Positions 42,068-57,032 are shown, numbered from the stretch's first letter. The stretch: DNA of 64,000 nt from Eledone cirrhosa (GCA_964016885.1 OZ024741.1:134912001-134976000), one strand, 5' to 3'. Notes: generated by a model not told the origin, from the sequence alone. Translations and numbers: made by a program.

Positions 42068-42975
42068 TGTGATATGTTTATATGTAAATGTGGGTGCTAG
42101 ATGCTCTATCATGTTAACACTGGTCTATGTGTGTGTATGTGTGTGTGAGAGAATAAGTAAAGGTGTAAGCGTGTGTGTGTGTGTGTGTGAGTGTGAGAGG
42201 ATACGCGGAGGTGTGTGAGACTAGGTGCTCTATCATGTTAAACATTGGGTGTTGAGTTCTAGTCTGTTATTGATTGGTGGTTGCGTTTTGTCTTTAATTA
42301 GTGCTTCTTTAATTCTAAGATTGCCGAGGTTTCTTTCCTTAGCTTCTATCCTAACTGTTATGTTTTTGTAGGTGTTTTTGCATTTAACTAGGTGTTTCTT
42401 AAATGAGGAAGCATTAGTGTTGAGGTGTTCTTTTATTCTAATGTGAAGTGGTCTGGTGGTGCTACCTATGTAGAAATTGCTGCATTTGTCGCACTCTAAT
42501 CTGTATACGACGTAGGCCTGGTGGCATAGGTCTGTGTTGTCGATGGGGCAGTTGGCCAGCGTGCAGCGGCTGTCATGTCTGGTGGAGTGTCTCTTGGTTA
42601 ACTGTCTGCGTAGAGAAGGTCCTGAGTGGGCTAGCTGGATATCTAGTCCCTCTCGTCTGATAGCTCTGCAGATGGTGGTTGTTGTTTCGTCACTGAAGTG
42701 TGGGAGCTTCAGGAAGCAGGTGTTAGTGCCTCGGCTGTGGTGTTTTTGGCACTGTTCGCGGTGGACGTCGAGTATCCGTTCAGTTTAATTACTTCCAGGA
42801 AATGTGTGGTGTGTGTCTCGATCTCTTGCGTCGGTGTATTTGTTCCGGATACGTGCTAATTCGTTCCTTATGTATCCGAACTTAGCACTGACTAGGAGGG
42901 CTGATCTGAAATGTACGAACAGGTCCCTGCTGGCGGCTTTTTTTTATAGAAGCAGGTGTGGATGTCGCCTTCCTC
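41690..42975 (-). mobile_element. 5'-truncated PLE (RT thumb + GIY-YIG + pLTR)
   Basis: YKKAASRDLFVHFRSA..FLKLPHFSD..CPIDNTDLCHQAYVVYRLECDKCSNFYIGSTTRPLHIRIKEH..EAL..PPINN; ends at (TA)n. Confidence 0.85.
41800..41831 (-). ncRNA. Ultra-minimal hammerhead ribozyme in PLE pLTR
   Basis: Minus strand: cct-CTGAAGA-a-gagatatctc-GAAA-ta-TC-agg; stems II and III are palindromic. Confidence 0.75.
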
Positions 42976-43185
42976 TGGCGCATTGTAATCGTTGCCTTAG
43001 TAGCAAACCATAGTGATTTAGGGATTTCTCACTTCCTGAAAGTTTCACAGTCGTTTGATGTCAAAGTTCACAAAGAGCTGGAAATCACTGACTGGGTACT
43101 TACAGTATCTTTTACTAAATTTATGCAAATGTCCCCAAGGAACTGAGTAAACCTGCATATAGTGAACAACGCAAAGACGTAAAGA

Positions 43186-43392
43186 CTTACCTTCGGTTAT
43201 GAATGACCATGGGATTTGCACATAGAAAGTTCCCCTCCAAGGCAAAAGTCCGAGCAAGGTTGTTTGTGGAAGACCAGCAGTCGCCCATGCATATCAGTCT
43301 CCCCTCTCCATGCCACAGATATTGTCCAAGGGAAGGCAAAGGCCGATACAGCTTGGCACCAGTGACGTCGCAACTCATTTCTACAGCTGAGC
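43186..43392 (-). mobile_element. SINE body/3' part (same family as 180-462)
   Basis: tagaaagttcccctc..cagtcgcccatgcat..ttgtccaaggg..ggccgatacagcttggcaccag shared with 190-310. Confidence 0.8.
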
Positions 43393-43918
43393 GACTGCCA
43401 CAATGTATGTATGTAGAACTTTTTATACATTCATGTACACCCCCTATGTTGTTCAGTTCACGTGCACACGCTCACTCACACATCCACATTCTCGCAGCAG
43501 CCAGCCTATCACGGTCCAACGCCCATCCTTCAAACATACGAACACACCTACACGCGCGCGCGGACACACACTTACACACACATACATGTGCACTCCACAT
43601 ATACAAGGATTCCTAAACATCTGTTACGCAGATACCCCTTGACCAGCAAATCTCCAAAATGGATGACAGAATACGGATGTGTGCTTTTTTCTCCCTTTTT
43701 TTTTCTAGTTTTCCCCCGTTCCTTCCTCTCCTCACTCTTTATCTTTCTATTTTACCTTTTACATCTAACTCTATATTCTGATGAAAGACTAGTGTCCGAT
43801 GTCCGAAACATTAAAACTATATTCCTGTTTTTCAAGCGTTAAACTAATATATTTCTTCAATGTGGTGTGTCATTTGCTTTGTTATTTATGTTTACTTTTT
43901 ACACATACACACACACAT

Positions 43919-44005
<87 letters not shown>

Positions 44006-44031
44006 ACACATACATACACACACACACCACA

Positions 44032-44149
<118 letters not shown>

Positions 44150-44308
44150 CTGTCGAGACGGCCGGAGCTCAGCCGTGGGTGTCCTGTCCTCTTTTCCTAT
44201 ATATATATATATATATATATATAGTGTAGAAGGATGGTATATATATATATATATATATATATAATTATTGCTATTTACGACTTCCTTCCCCTCCCTCTTT
44301 TTTCCTTG

Positions 44309-44451
<143 letters not shown>

Positions 44452-44660
44452 ATACTCACACACGCACATATAAACTGTTGTTCGGAAGGGGGAAGAGAAG
44501 GGAAGGACAGTGAAGTAAGGTACAGTAATTACATTAGTAGAGAAGGAAGATATTCCATATGGAAGTGACTTCTACAGGACTTCGCCATGCCTGGTGATTT
44601 CAAACAAACGAAACAGTTGTAGTCCTCTAATAGTCACATGTGTAAGAAATATGTGAGTAT

Positions 44661-44704
<44 letters not shown>

Positions 44705-44754
44705 ATGTGTGAGTATACACATATATATATATATGTGTGTGTATGTGTGAGTAT

Positions 44755-44804
<50 letters not shown>

Positions 44805-44888
44805 ATGTGTGAGTATACACATATATATATATATATATATGTGTGTATGTGTGAGTATGCTGAGCTCTGGCCGTTTCGACAGCTCATA

Positions 44889-45066
44889 TATCTATCTATC
44901 TATCTATCTATCTAAGGCGGGTAAAATTCCCGAGATCCATGGACGAGTTCTCTCCAGCGGTCTCTGTCCCTCATTATCGCTGCCATGTCCTGCGTCTCCA
45001 ACAGACCAGTGTCTGTCCTTAGGGCATCAACATACCTTAACCTTGGTCTTCCTCTTCTAGTGTGTC
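44889..45066 (-). mobile_element. 3' end of an RTE/RTEX-like LINE with (AGAT)n tail
   Basis: [32 protein letters not shown] followed directly by (TAGA)n on the minus strand. Confidence 0.75.
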
Positions 45067-45073
45067 CATACAC

Positions 45074-45132
<59 letters not shown>

Positions 45133-45153
45133 GATATGTGCATATGTAAATGC

Positions 45154-45226
<73 letters not shown>

Positions 45227-45252
45227 TGGATATGTGCATATGTAAATGCGCG

Positions 45253-45318
<66 letters not shown>

Positions 45319-45945
45319 GAAAAGAAACGCAAATGTATATATAATACATATAAATGTGTGCGTATATGTATATAAATATAATCATATATATATATTTATA
45401 CATATATGCACATATATGTGTAAGTATATATATATAAATATAATTATATGTATATATTTATACACACACGCACATATATGTGTGCGTGTGTGTGTGCGTA
45501 CTTACAATGAAAGAAAAGTGAAAGGGAGAGAGAAGAGATATTTCAGTCAATTTGAGTTGTATTTATAAAAGACAGTTAAGAAATATATATATACATAAAT
45601 AAACGAATAAATATATATATATACATAAATAAACGAATAAATATATATATACATAAATAAACGAATAAATATATATAAGAAACAAATTAATGGTTTGGAA
45701 AGCCATTTAAAATCCGATTCCATAAAAATTCCTTTCCACGGAAATTGTACCAAATGGAATAGTGTTGTGTGTCTTCATCAATAAGGATATCAATATTATT
45801 ATCTAGAATATGCCAATGTACATATGTCTAAATAGAATGCATTGACAATATGAGGATATAGAGGCAGCCGTTATTAGGAGTTTTAAGTTAGGAGTTAGTG
45901 AAGTATAACAGCTGTAGAATTTGAAATCCAGTTGTAGAATTTTAT

Positions 45946-46765
45946 AGCCTGGTAGACACGTTAAACTGTAACTGACCAGGCAAACCATACACTGAGCTGT
46001 AAATGACCAGGTAAACCATACACTGAGCTGTAAATGACCAGGTAAACCATACATTGAGCTGTAAGGAGCCAAGTAGACTATTCACAAAATTGTAAATGAC
46101 CAGGTATACCACACGCAGCTGTAAATGACCAGATAGCCTACACCCTGAACTAAATGACCAGGTGAACCACTCACTGAACTGTAAATGATCAGATAGACTG
46201 CATACTGACTGTAAATGACCAGGTAGACTATACACTGAACTGTTAATGACCAGGTACACAACACACTGAACTGTAAATGACCTGGTAGACACTTTAAAGT
46301 GTAAATGACAACATATTGAATGGTAAATGACCATGTTGACAACACATTGAACTGTAAATACCCAGGTAGACCATACACTGAACTATAAATGACCAGGTAG
46401 ACAACACACTGAACAGTAAGTGACTAGGTAGACCACACACTGAACAGTAAATGACCAGGTAGACAACTCACTGTGCAGTAAATGACCAGATAGTCTGCCC
46501 ACTGAACTTTAAATGACCAGGTAGATTGCATACTAGCTGTAAACTATTAGGTAGACTATAAATTGAACTCTAAATGCCCAGGTAGACAACACACTGAGCT
46601 GTAAATGACTAGGCAGACAAAACACTGAACCGTAAATGACAAAGTGAACTCCACACTAAACTGTAAAGGACCAGGTTGACTATACCCTGTCTTGTAAATG
46701 ATCATGTCAACGGTATAATTAACTATAAATAGCCAGGTAGACACGCTAAAATGCAAATGGCCAGT
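45946..46765. repeat. 31-bp minisatellite, ~26 diverged copies
   Basis: Unit ctgtaaatgaccaggtagaccatacactga(g/a); actgag at 45991 and 46022. Confidence 0.93.
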
Positions 46766-46842
46766 TAAACCGGGTGCATAAAGTAGTATCAAAATAAATC
46801 ATGTGTATCTCCTACACAATTAAGAGTGTGTACTAGCAACTA

Positions 46843-47066
46843 TCCTGTTCATTATTTTCATGAACAGGATTGATATGCCGGGCTGGAAGTGATTTCACGA
46901 TTGGTGGGTGTAAAATCAGTCGGCTGGAATAAGCAGACGACATAGTGTTACTTAACTCGACAAAAGGTGATCTCCGACTTACACTTGATAAGTTTGATGT
47001 CGAGTGCTGCATGGCTGGAATGAAAATCACTGTTGCGAAAACTGAGACAATCGTCCTCTTAAGGGA
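46843..47066 (+). pseudogene. Non-LTR RT fragment (RTE-like)
   Basis: LFIIFMNRID..ISRLE*ADDIVLL..GMKITVAKTETIVL; YADD mutated to a stop. Confidence 0.75.
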
Positions 47067-47698
47067 GCTTGCACAGTGACCTCATACATATATTTACTGA
47101 AAATGACGGCTACGTTTACTCCTAAGTCACAGCATGGCTGAATGGATAAGTTCGATCCCACTGCATAAAATGTCAGGCAAATGTTAGCTAACATAGCCGC
47201 GGATCAATCCATGCCTTGTGAAGTGCGCCGGATGGTCTGTATCTGTAAAAAATAACAAAATAACAACAAAAAGCTTACTTCTCACACACTGTCACGCAGA
47301 ATCTCCCTGAGAATTAGAAATTTTCAGCAACTAACATGTAAATTTTTAGAGCAAATTTTTTCGTTGATTGAACAACTGGAACACCCATCGTCGGAGGTCC
47401 ATTTCACTATTAAGGAGAAAGAAACCTACGACAAAGGCGAATCTCTTTATACACTATATGGCTTCACCTCAATGAAATTGTATTTACTCTACAAGTGAAT
47501 GTAATTCGTAAATTTGTAAACTTGTAGTGAGATTACAGCACTAAGACATTTACTACATATCATATAGTATTTCATCAATATATACACCACGCTATGTTAG
47601 TGCCACTGCTAACAAGTACTAAGTTCTCTTACCTCTCAACGATGTGAAAGTATAATCAGTCTTAAATTGCAATCGGATTTTTTAAACACTGCAAACCA

Positions 47699-47930
<232 letters not shown>

Positions 47931-48012
47931 GCACACATATATATACATATGTATATATATATGTATTTATTTATGTGTATATATGTATATATATATGTGT
48001 ATACGTATAATA

Positions 48013-48044
<32 letters not shown>

Positions 48045-48329
48045 AATATATATATATGCATATGTATATATATGTCTCTCTCTCTCTATATATATGTATG
48101 TATATGTATATATACATATATCTATCTATATATATATATGTGTATATATATGTCTCTCTCTCTATACATCTATATATATGTGTATATATATATGCATATA
48201 CATATATATATACACATATATATATATATATATGATGGCTGACCCCTCGTTATCGAGTATGGCTATTGCACGAGGAGAAAAAAAAAAATTAATAAATAAA
48301 TAAAAAATAAAGTAAAATAAAAAAAAGAA

Positions 48330-48363
<34 letters not shown>

Positions 48364-48516
48364 ATATACACATATACACACATATATATATATATACACA
48401 CACACAATAATAATAATAATAATAACAACAATAATAATAACGACAACAACAACAATAATAATATACATATACACACACACACACACATAAACATACCTAT
48501 ACACACACAATAGCAA

Positions 48517-51500
48517 CTAACAGCGCTGCGATCGAATGTGGCTTTTTAGCCCAGCCAATGATCTAAAATGTCTTGCACAGAGTCAGCAACCAAAACATTC
48601 ACTGGGAATAGCCGGCTCTGGTTGGAGTTCATGTACTTTTGCATGTCGCTTGAGTCCTGCTGATTTACATTCTCTACCACATGTTTGGCAAGCATGATGA
48701 GTAGCATCTCCAACAGCAGCCTGGTAGTCAACCACTGGTCTTACTTTATGACTGCGAAGATGACTTTCGAGTCCAGCTTTGCTTAGGCAAAATCTCACAC
48801 AGACGCTGCATTTCAGCACCATAGGAGGACCCTCGCCGCCTGGAAGTGCAACAGCAATGCCCTTCCTCACATCCCGCCTTACTTTCTCGTATGCGATTCG
48901 AGATGCCTCAAAGGCAACTTTTCCCTCATATACAGTCTTTCTCCATTTATTACGATCAGCAGCAATATTTTCCCATGTATCAGCAGAGAGGTTAGCGTCT
49001 TTCAAAGAGGCTTTCAAGGAATCTTTATACCTCTTTTTGGGTTTATGTGGCGGTCGTTTTCCTTTAACCAACTCTCCATAAAAGAGTTGTTTTGGTATTC
49101 TAGAATCCTTCATCCTGGCAAGGTGACCACTCCAACGGAGTCGTTGCTTAAGCACAAGAGCTTCTATATTGTCACACATAGAGCTTTTCAAAATCTCGAC
49201 ATCACTGATGTGGTCCCTCCAGTGAACGCCATGGATCCGTCTGAGACACATCTGATGGAAACGCTCCAATTGCTTAAGGTGGTATCAATATGTGCCCCAG
49301 GTCTCGCAGGCATAAAGAAGACAAGAGAGCACACATGCCTTGTACACCTTTACCTTTGTCCTCCTGCATATGTCTCGCCGACCCCAGAGTCGCCTTTCTA
49401 GCTTTCCGAAAGCATCACTTGCTTTCCTAATCCTAAGTGAGATTTCACTGTCAAGGTTGCCGTATCGATTGACAGTGCTTCCCAGGTAGACAGACTGATC
49501 AACCACTCCAAGTCGTTTACCATACACATAGATATTTGGTTCAGTGTACTGCTTACCAGGGGCAGGTTGGTACATGACGACGGTTTTCTTGAGACTGACA
49601 GTCAATCCTAGGGCAGTGCAAGCGTCAGAAAATGCATTCAAAATGTGCTGCATATCACTCTCTGTGTGCGCTACAAGATCGCAATCATCTGCATACAAGA
49701 GGTCTCTTATGATTGATGTAAATACTTTTGTCTTTGCAGCAAAGCGCCTGATGTTAAATATGCTGCCTGAGGTTCGATATCGGATGTAAACACCATGCTC
49801 GCAATTACTGAATGTAATACAGAAAACCATTGCAAAGTATATGGCAAACAGGGTCGGTGCTGGAATATCCCCCTGTTTCACTCCACTTTTTACTGAGATA
49901 GGCTCCGACATGTTACCTCCGACATTAACCTAAGCCTTCATGTCGTCATGGAAAGACCTAACTAAAGCAAGGAACTTATCAGGGCAACCAAGTTTCTGGA
50001 GAACCTTCCCTAATGCATCTCTGTTAACAGTATCGAAAGCTTTTGTCAGATCGACAAAAACCTGATACAGATCCAAACCTTGTTCCATGCACTTCTGGAG
50101 ATGTCTAGCTGAGAAGATCATATCAGTAGTGCCGCGTCCAGCACGAAAACCAGTTTTACTTTCAGGAAGAACACAATCTGCAATGTGTGTCAGCAGACGG
50201 TCCAGAAGCACCCTACATAAAACTTTCCCTCCGACAGAAAGCAATGATATACCTCTGTAGTTTCCACAATCATTCCTGTTACCCTTTCCCTTGTACAAGA
50301 CCACCATTACTGCATCTCTCCAGTCCTCAGATACGGATTCATTAGCCCATATCCTGCCAAACAAAGAGTGAAGATGTTGCAGGAGTCTCTCACCACCATA
50401 TTGTAGGAGCTCAGCATGTATGCCATCCATACCTGGAGACCTTCCACTGTTCAGCTTCGAGATAGCCACTGCAACCTCCACAAGCGTCGGAGGTTCTGCG
50501 AGTGCTACTTTTACAGGACTTTCTGGAATGAGATTGAGGAAATCTTCACTGACGACAGATGGCTGATTCAAAAGACCATCAAAGTGCTCTCGCCACCTTC
50601 GTAGAATTCCTTGTGAGTCATGAAGAAGTTCTTTGCCATCCTTGCTGCGAAGCGGTGTCACCAGAGAAGAAGGTCCATAAACCTCATACAAGAGACTGTA
50701 CAACAGCTTTATGTTATTGGAATCTGACGCAGTTTGTATCTCACCAGCCTTCTCACTCCACCACTGATCCTTCATTTGAGAAAGACTCCGCCTAACACGT
50801 GATTTTACATCCCTGAGTTCCTCATTCAACGTATTCCTCTCCTGTGGTTTTGCCGTCATGTAGCGTGACAGAGCACGCCTCTTATCAGCCAACAAGTCTT
50901 CTATATGTACATCATTCTCATTAAACCAGTCCTGATGTTTTCTCTGCACCAATCCCAGAACACGCCTGCCTACATCATAAACCGACTTTTTAAGGGTCGG
51001 CCAATCATCATCAAGATCTGCAACCTGCATCTCTTCTTCCAATGTCCTCTTCACATTTTTATCCTTAAGACGAGCAGCATTCAATCTTTTGGGCAGGGCA
51101 ACACCAGGAGCCCGGATTTTACGTTTAGTGATTAGTTTCACTTTTGCGCGTACCAGGCGGTGGTCTGTCCAACACCCAGCTCCACGAAGAGCACGAACAC
51201 ACTGCACATCCTGTCTGTCACGCATCCTGACTAGGACGTAGTCCAAAAGATGCCATTCCTTAGATGCAGGATGCATCCATGTGGTCTTGAATTTGTTCTT
51301 TTGTTGGAACATGGTGTTGGTAACACACAGATCCAGCTCCTCACACATCTGCAGCAGGAGCATACCATTGTTGTTACACTTTCCCACCCATACCTTCCGA
51401 TTACATTCCATGTGTTAAAATCCCTACCTACTCTAGCATTAAAGTCACCAAGCACGATGACTTTGTCTGCCTGAGGGATATTTCTTAGCGCCTTTCAAGG

Positions 51501-51970
51501 CATAGTAAAAGGACACTTTTTCTTCATCGACAGAATTCATAGTTGGAGCATACACACTGACCAGGGTCGCATATTTTCCTTTGTCCAGCGGAATTCTCAT
51601 GGACATAAGACGCTCACTAATCCCTACTGGGAATTCTTCTAATTTATTCACAAGAACAGTCTTAACAGCAAATCCTACCCAGCCTCTCTTCTGGTTCCTT
51701 CATCTCTTCCTTTCCAGAAGAATGTATATTCTCCACAAAATTCTGTAAGATGACCATCTCCAGCTAACCTCGTCTCAGATAAAGCTATGATGTCAAGATC
51801 GTAACGTCGAAGCTCCTTTGCAACAAGAGCGGTCCCTCGTTCAGGACGCCCCAAGGAATCCCTGTCAAGCAGCGTCCGTACGTTCTAGCAGCCAAGACTA
51901 AATGCCTTGTTTGGCTCTATTACAATGGCACGATGACGAGCGGGCCCAGGCTGTGATAACCTGGGGCCCC
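48517..51970 (-). mobile_element. Near-full-length RTE (BovB-like) LINE, decayed
   Basis: APE: C*NVRTL, ALSETR, SVYAPT, GDFNARVG, TDHRLV. RT: NYRGISLL, VDLTKAFDTV, GVKQG, YADD. C-terminus: RLRWSGH..RIPKQLFYGEL and three C2H2-like fingers. Multiple frameshifts. Confidence 0.93.
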
Positions 51971-52093
51971 TGCCCTTATTGCCAATTATCTTTTTTGTTC
52001 CAGAACCTAAATTGCCAATTATCTCTTTTATATTGTTCTGGAACATTATTGAATTGGAAAAAAAAAAAAAAAAAAAGTAATAATAATAGTAAC

Positions 52094-52135
<42 letters not shown>

Positions 52136-52777
52136 CAATAATGATAATCAAAATCAAGTTTTAGTTTTAACAAAATGTTTAATTCCAATATTAAGAAAAA
52201 TATGTCAACACATATACGCGACTAATGATAATTCACTAAAGATAATTTCACCACCAGTGCCACCACCACTGCCACGATGAAAACTCTGGTCAAGTCGACT
52301 CAAATTTCTACCCCATCGTCAACACCATCGCTACAGTAATACGACCACATCGCCACCGCCGCTGCCTCATTATCGCTACCGCCGCTATTCTCTTCCACTA
52401 CCCCCTGCTAGTTGCTGCTGGCACAACACCGCCATCGCCGCCGCCGCCGCTGCCTCATTGTCACTACCGCCGCTATTCTCTCCCGCTAGCCCCTGCTACA
52501 TTGTAGAATTCTCACTAAAAGAGGAAGGCATCAAAATATATAAATAGACTGAATTGATGACCCGTTCAAAATAAAAAAAAAAAAAAAATCAAAATCAAAG
52601 CAGCACAGCAACAACGAAAAACGTAAAGGAAATAAAAATGAAGAGAAAAACAAACGGACGGACAGAGAAGGGAAGGGAAAAACTAAGTCAGACATTCAAA
52701 TACTACATTACAATGAAACTTATGCTTATTCATTTTGGGGTTTTTTTCTGCCTGTTTGTTTGTTTGTTTGTTTATTT

Positions 52778-55700
52778 GGGTTCGTCTACAGCGTGATAAT
52801 GCCACACAAAAGTCATGTGGAGTGACGAAACCACCGGAGACAAGTAATTCACCGGTGGTTATGTAACCATACATTCGCCAATCCTCGATAAGAGTGTTTA
52901 AATGTCGAAACTAAACAGTTCGAATAACGGTGAAATGGAGACTAGAATGTCATGTGACAGACTCTCACCCAACAGGTGTTCCCTGGCTCAGCAGCAGGGA
53001 CCTGGCTGTCAACCAAATACTGCTGGTGTCGGAGGAAGAAGAAGAAGGAAAGGGACCAGAACCAACTGGACGAAAGAATTGAATAGAACTGTTATGCAAT
53101 GTTACCTGAAGAGTAACCCCGAGGAGAAAGGCTATAGGAAAAGGATGCATAACATCTGGAACGAGATTGGTCCATTTAAATTAGATGAACAAAAACTGGC
53201 CGGGCAGGCTCGGGTAATAAGAACTAATGGGTGGATAAGCGAGCTGGAACTGGAGGAACTGAGCAGAGAGATTAGCTTGGAGATGGAGGGTGGAGTATGC
53301 CAGGCAAACGAGCCAGTGGGAAATGAAGGTGAAGAGGTCAAGAGAACGGAGGAACCACCCGAAGCAGACAATGATCTGAATGCTGAGATAAATAATACCT
53401 GGAACAGAGATACGGCCACTGAGGAGATGAATGCTGACGGGCTAGGACAAGATTTGGTAGATATCCTAAACTTAGTGGTAGATGAATTGAACAATGATAG
53501 TGGGAGACCTATGAACCTAAGATTTGTAGACAGGAAAAAGTTAAAAGAAACAACAGCTAAGGTAAACAAAGTCATCCCATACCTTGAGGCGAGGAGCCTT
53601 CACTAGTGCAACAATATCCTCAAAGCAACAGCAAATACGGCGAGGAAACTACTTGGTATAAAAGTGAGAGGAAACAACAGACAAGAAAGAGCAGAGCCTT
53701 GGTGGAAGAAACGACTGAGTGGTCAAATCAGGGAAATGAGAAATTACATTGGAAAGCTTGAGTCCCTACTGAGTGGGACACTAAAAAACATAGACACTAA
53801 AAATAGACTGGAAATAAAGTACAAAACTAGGAGGAAAAAGCTAAATATTATCATAGAGGAACTGAAGCAACGCATTGTAGCAAAGAGTGCAAACATCAGG
53901 CGATACGAGAACAGAGTCAGTCAGTATAGACAGAACCGCATGTTCGACAACAACCAGAAGATGCTGTTTGGACAGCTTGAAGAGAAAGAAAGAGGCAACG
54001 ACTTGATCCCTGAGGCGGAAGAAACTAAAACATTCTGGAGAGGAATATGGGAGCAGGATGTTAGACATAATGACCAGGCAGTGTGGATTGAGACAGTACA
54101 GAAGGAGATCAGTGAACAGGCACACCAACAAACTGATTTGAGTATCACAGTTGAAACTCTTAAGGGGCAGGCCAAAAAACTAACCAACTGGAAATCACCT
54201 GGCCCAGATGGTGTGCAGGGGTATTGGATTAAAAACATAACATCCCTCCACCCGAAACTGACAACCATGTTAAATGACTGCTTGATGTCAGGTGAGGTAC
54301 CAGAGTGGTTGACAAAAGGTACCACAGTTCTGATAATGAAAGACCGAATCAAGGGTAATGATGTTACCAACTATAGACCTATCACATGTCTGTCCGTAAT
54401 GTGGAAACTGTTGACAGGCATTATGTCTGAGGAAATCTACCATCACCTCCACACAAACAACTTGTTACCGGACGAACAGAAAGGATGCCGAAAGAAGTCA
54501 CGCGGTACAAAGGACCAGTTACTTATTGATAAGATGGTAATGAGGAATTGCAAGAGGAGACACACTGGTCTTGCCATGGGATGGATAGACTTCAAAAAGG
54601 CATTTGACATGGTGCCTCATTCTTGGATCACCAAAAGCCTGGAGATCTTCAAGGTGGCAGATAACATCAGACAGTTGTTGGGCAAAAGTATGAAGTTCTG
54701 GGAAACAGAGTTAACATCAACTGGAGAATCCTTGGGAAGCGTGAAGATCAAGAGAGGTATCTTCCAGGGAGATAGTCTGTCCCCTCTGTTGTTTGTCCTT
54801 GCCCTGATGCCCCTGACCAGTGTACTGCGAAAAGTGAGAGCAGGATACAGGTTGGGAAAGGGAGGGCTTACCATCAATCACCTCCTCTTCATGGACGATC
54901 TTAAGCTCTTCGGGAAGAGTGAGAAGAAGTTGGATGTGCTTGTTGACACTGTCCGTATTTTCAGCAATGATATATGTATGCAATTTGGTATTAGTAAGTG
55001 TGGAGTCATTGTGATGAGGAGGGGTAAGTTGAGCAGAAGTAACGGAATCCAGATACCAACAGGTGAGATGATAAAGGAAATTGACTCTGAGGAAGGATAC
55101 AAGTATTTGGGCGTTCTGGAGGCTGATGACATCAAGAACAAAAAAATGAAGGAATTGTTAAGAACTGAATACCTTCGGCGAGTAAGGAGCGTATTAAAGT
55201 CACATCTGAACAGTAGGAATGCCATAAGTGCAGTAAATTCCCGAGCTGTGTCTATTATTAGGTACAGTGCGGGAATTCTGAGATAGAATGTTGCTGAACA
55301 AAAAGAAATGGATAGGAAGACTAGGAAGCTATTGACTATCTACAATATGTTCCACAAGAGGAGTGATGTCGATAGACTCTACTTAAGGAGATATGAAGGT
55401 GGAAGAGGTCTTATCAGCATAGAGGACTGAGTTCAGATGGAGAAAAACAACCTACACAAATACGTGACTGATAGTAAGGAGCCAATGCTCAGAACTGTAC
55501 TGAAGGAGGGGACAATAGGCCAGGGGATGTCCAAGGAGGAAATAACATCAAGGAGAAAGAGCAGCCGTCAGGAAAAATCCCTTCATAGTACCTTCTTTGA
55601 GAAAACTGAATTTAGAGATCCACAGACATGGAACTGGTTGAAAAGAGGAGACCTTAAAAAGGCTACAGAAGGAATGTTAATGGCTGCGCAGGAGCAGGCC

Positions 55701-56430
55701 CTCAAAACGAAGTGGTTGAAACACCACATTTACAAGGAGGAGGCTAGCCCACTGTGCAGGATCTGTGGAGAGAGAGAGGAGACTGTGGCTCACATTGTAT
55801 CCGAGTGTAAACACCTAGCCCAGACTCACTATAAGGGCTGGAGACATGATGTGATGGGCAGGGTGATCCACTGGCACCTATGCAAAGTAAACAATTTACC
55901 ACATTCTGAGAAGTGGTATGAGCATAAGCCAGAGGCGGTGATAGAAAACGATCAGGTGAAGGTGCTGTGGGATTTTAGGATACAGACGGACAAGAAACTG
56001 GAACACAATAGACCTGACCTGGTGGTTTTGGACAAAGAAAAAAGATCGTGCCTGATTGTGGATGTGGCCTGCCCATTCGACACGAGAGTGCAAGAGAAGG
56101 AGAGGGAGAAAATTAACCGATACCAGGACTTAAAGTGGGAGGTAAAAAGGATTTAGAACTGCCATGAAGTCAAAGTGATCCCGATTGTCATAGGCGCACT
56201 AGGGACTATCTCAAAAAGTTTCCAGGGATGGTTAACGAAAATTGGCCCCTTCACGCTTTTTGGAACGCTTCAAAAGGCATGCTTGCTGGGAACAGCAAGA
56301 ACCCTCCGATACGTCCTGCATATCTGAGGCTGCAGGTAGTGGCTTGATATTCATTTCAACAAACTTTCCAGTTAACTAACATCAATGACTGAGACTCAAA
56401 GAATAAATAATAATAATAATAATAATAATA
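52778..56430 (+). mobile_element. Near-full-length R4/Dong-clade non-LTR retrotransposon, decayed
   Basis: Single ORF 52902-56327 with stops: NWKSPGPD, NYRPITCL, DFKKAFDMVPH, QGDSLSP, FMDD, GGRGL, CRIC..ETVAHIVSEC, RLE RPDLVV..IVDVACP..EKINRY. 3' end runs into (TAA)n at 56403-56430. Confidence 0.93.
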
Positions 56431-56961
56431 CACTAGTAATGATTATTAATGCACTCGTGCAATGCCTGTGCGTGACGAATATTTTTAAAGTGAGGAAAGA
56501 CTGTGCACTGAGCCAATCCCACTCTCTGAGCGACAGTAGCTATAACCCGAAAAGAAGAAAAGATCAACATCATCGGTAACTACTGAGCCGCAGGTTTTAT
56601 GTCGGAGTTAACCCAGTTTCCTGAGATGCCTTCTCCTAGAAGAATGTGCTGACAGGGGCTAGGGGTTCTTCACTCCCAGTGGTTTAACTGCGCGATCGGT
56701 CATCCAGCCCGATTATTTCTATGTCCCCGCGAAAAAAAACAAAAAAAAACTCACTTATTGACACTTATACGTACGACATACACACACACGCATACATACG
56801 CGCGCACACACACGCATATATACGCGCGCACACAGCAACACTCATACACACAAACAAACACACACACGCTACTCACTTACACACACACACACATACGTAT
56901 GTATATATATATGCATATATATACATACGTATATATATGTATATATACATGCATATATATA

Positions 56962-57032
<71 letters not shown>

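Noticed and set aside
52250-52500. GC-rich GCC-repeat patch as an exon or CpG island
   Set aside because: Low-complexity ~85-bp tandem duplication without a credible ORF or splice context.
55425-55432. In-frame TGA at a usual Cys position (IED*V) in the Dong ORF
   Set aside because: The same copy has several TAG stops and a frameshift, so ordinary decay is simpler; no SECIS seen.
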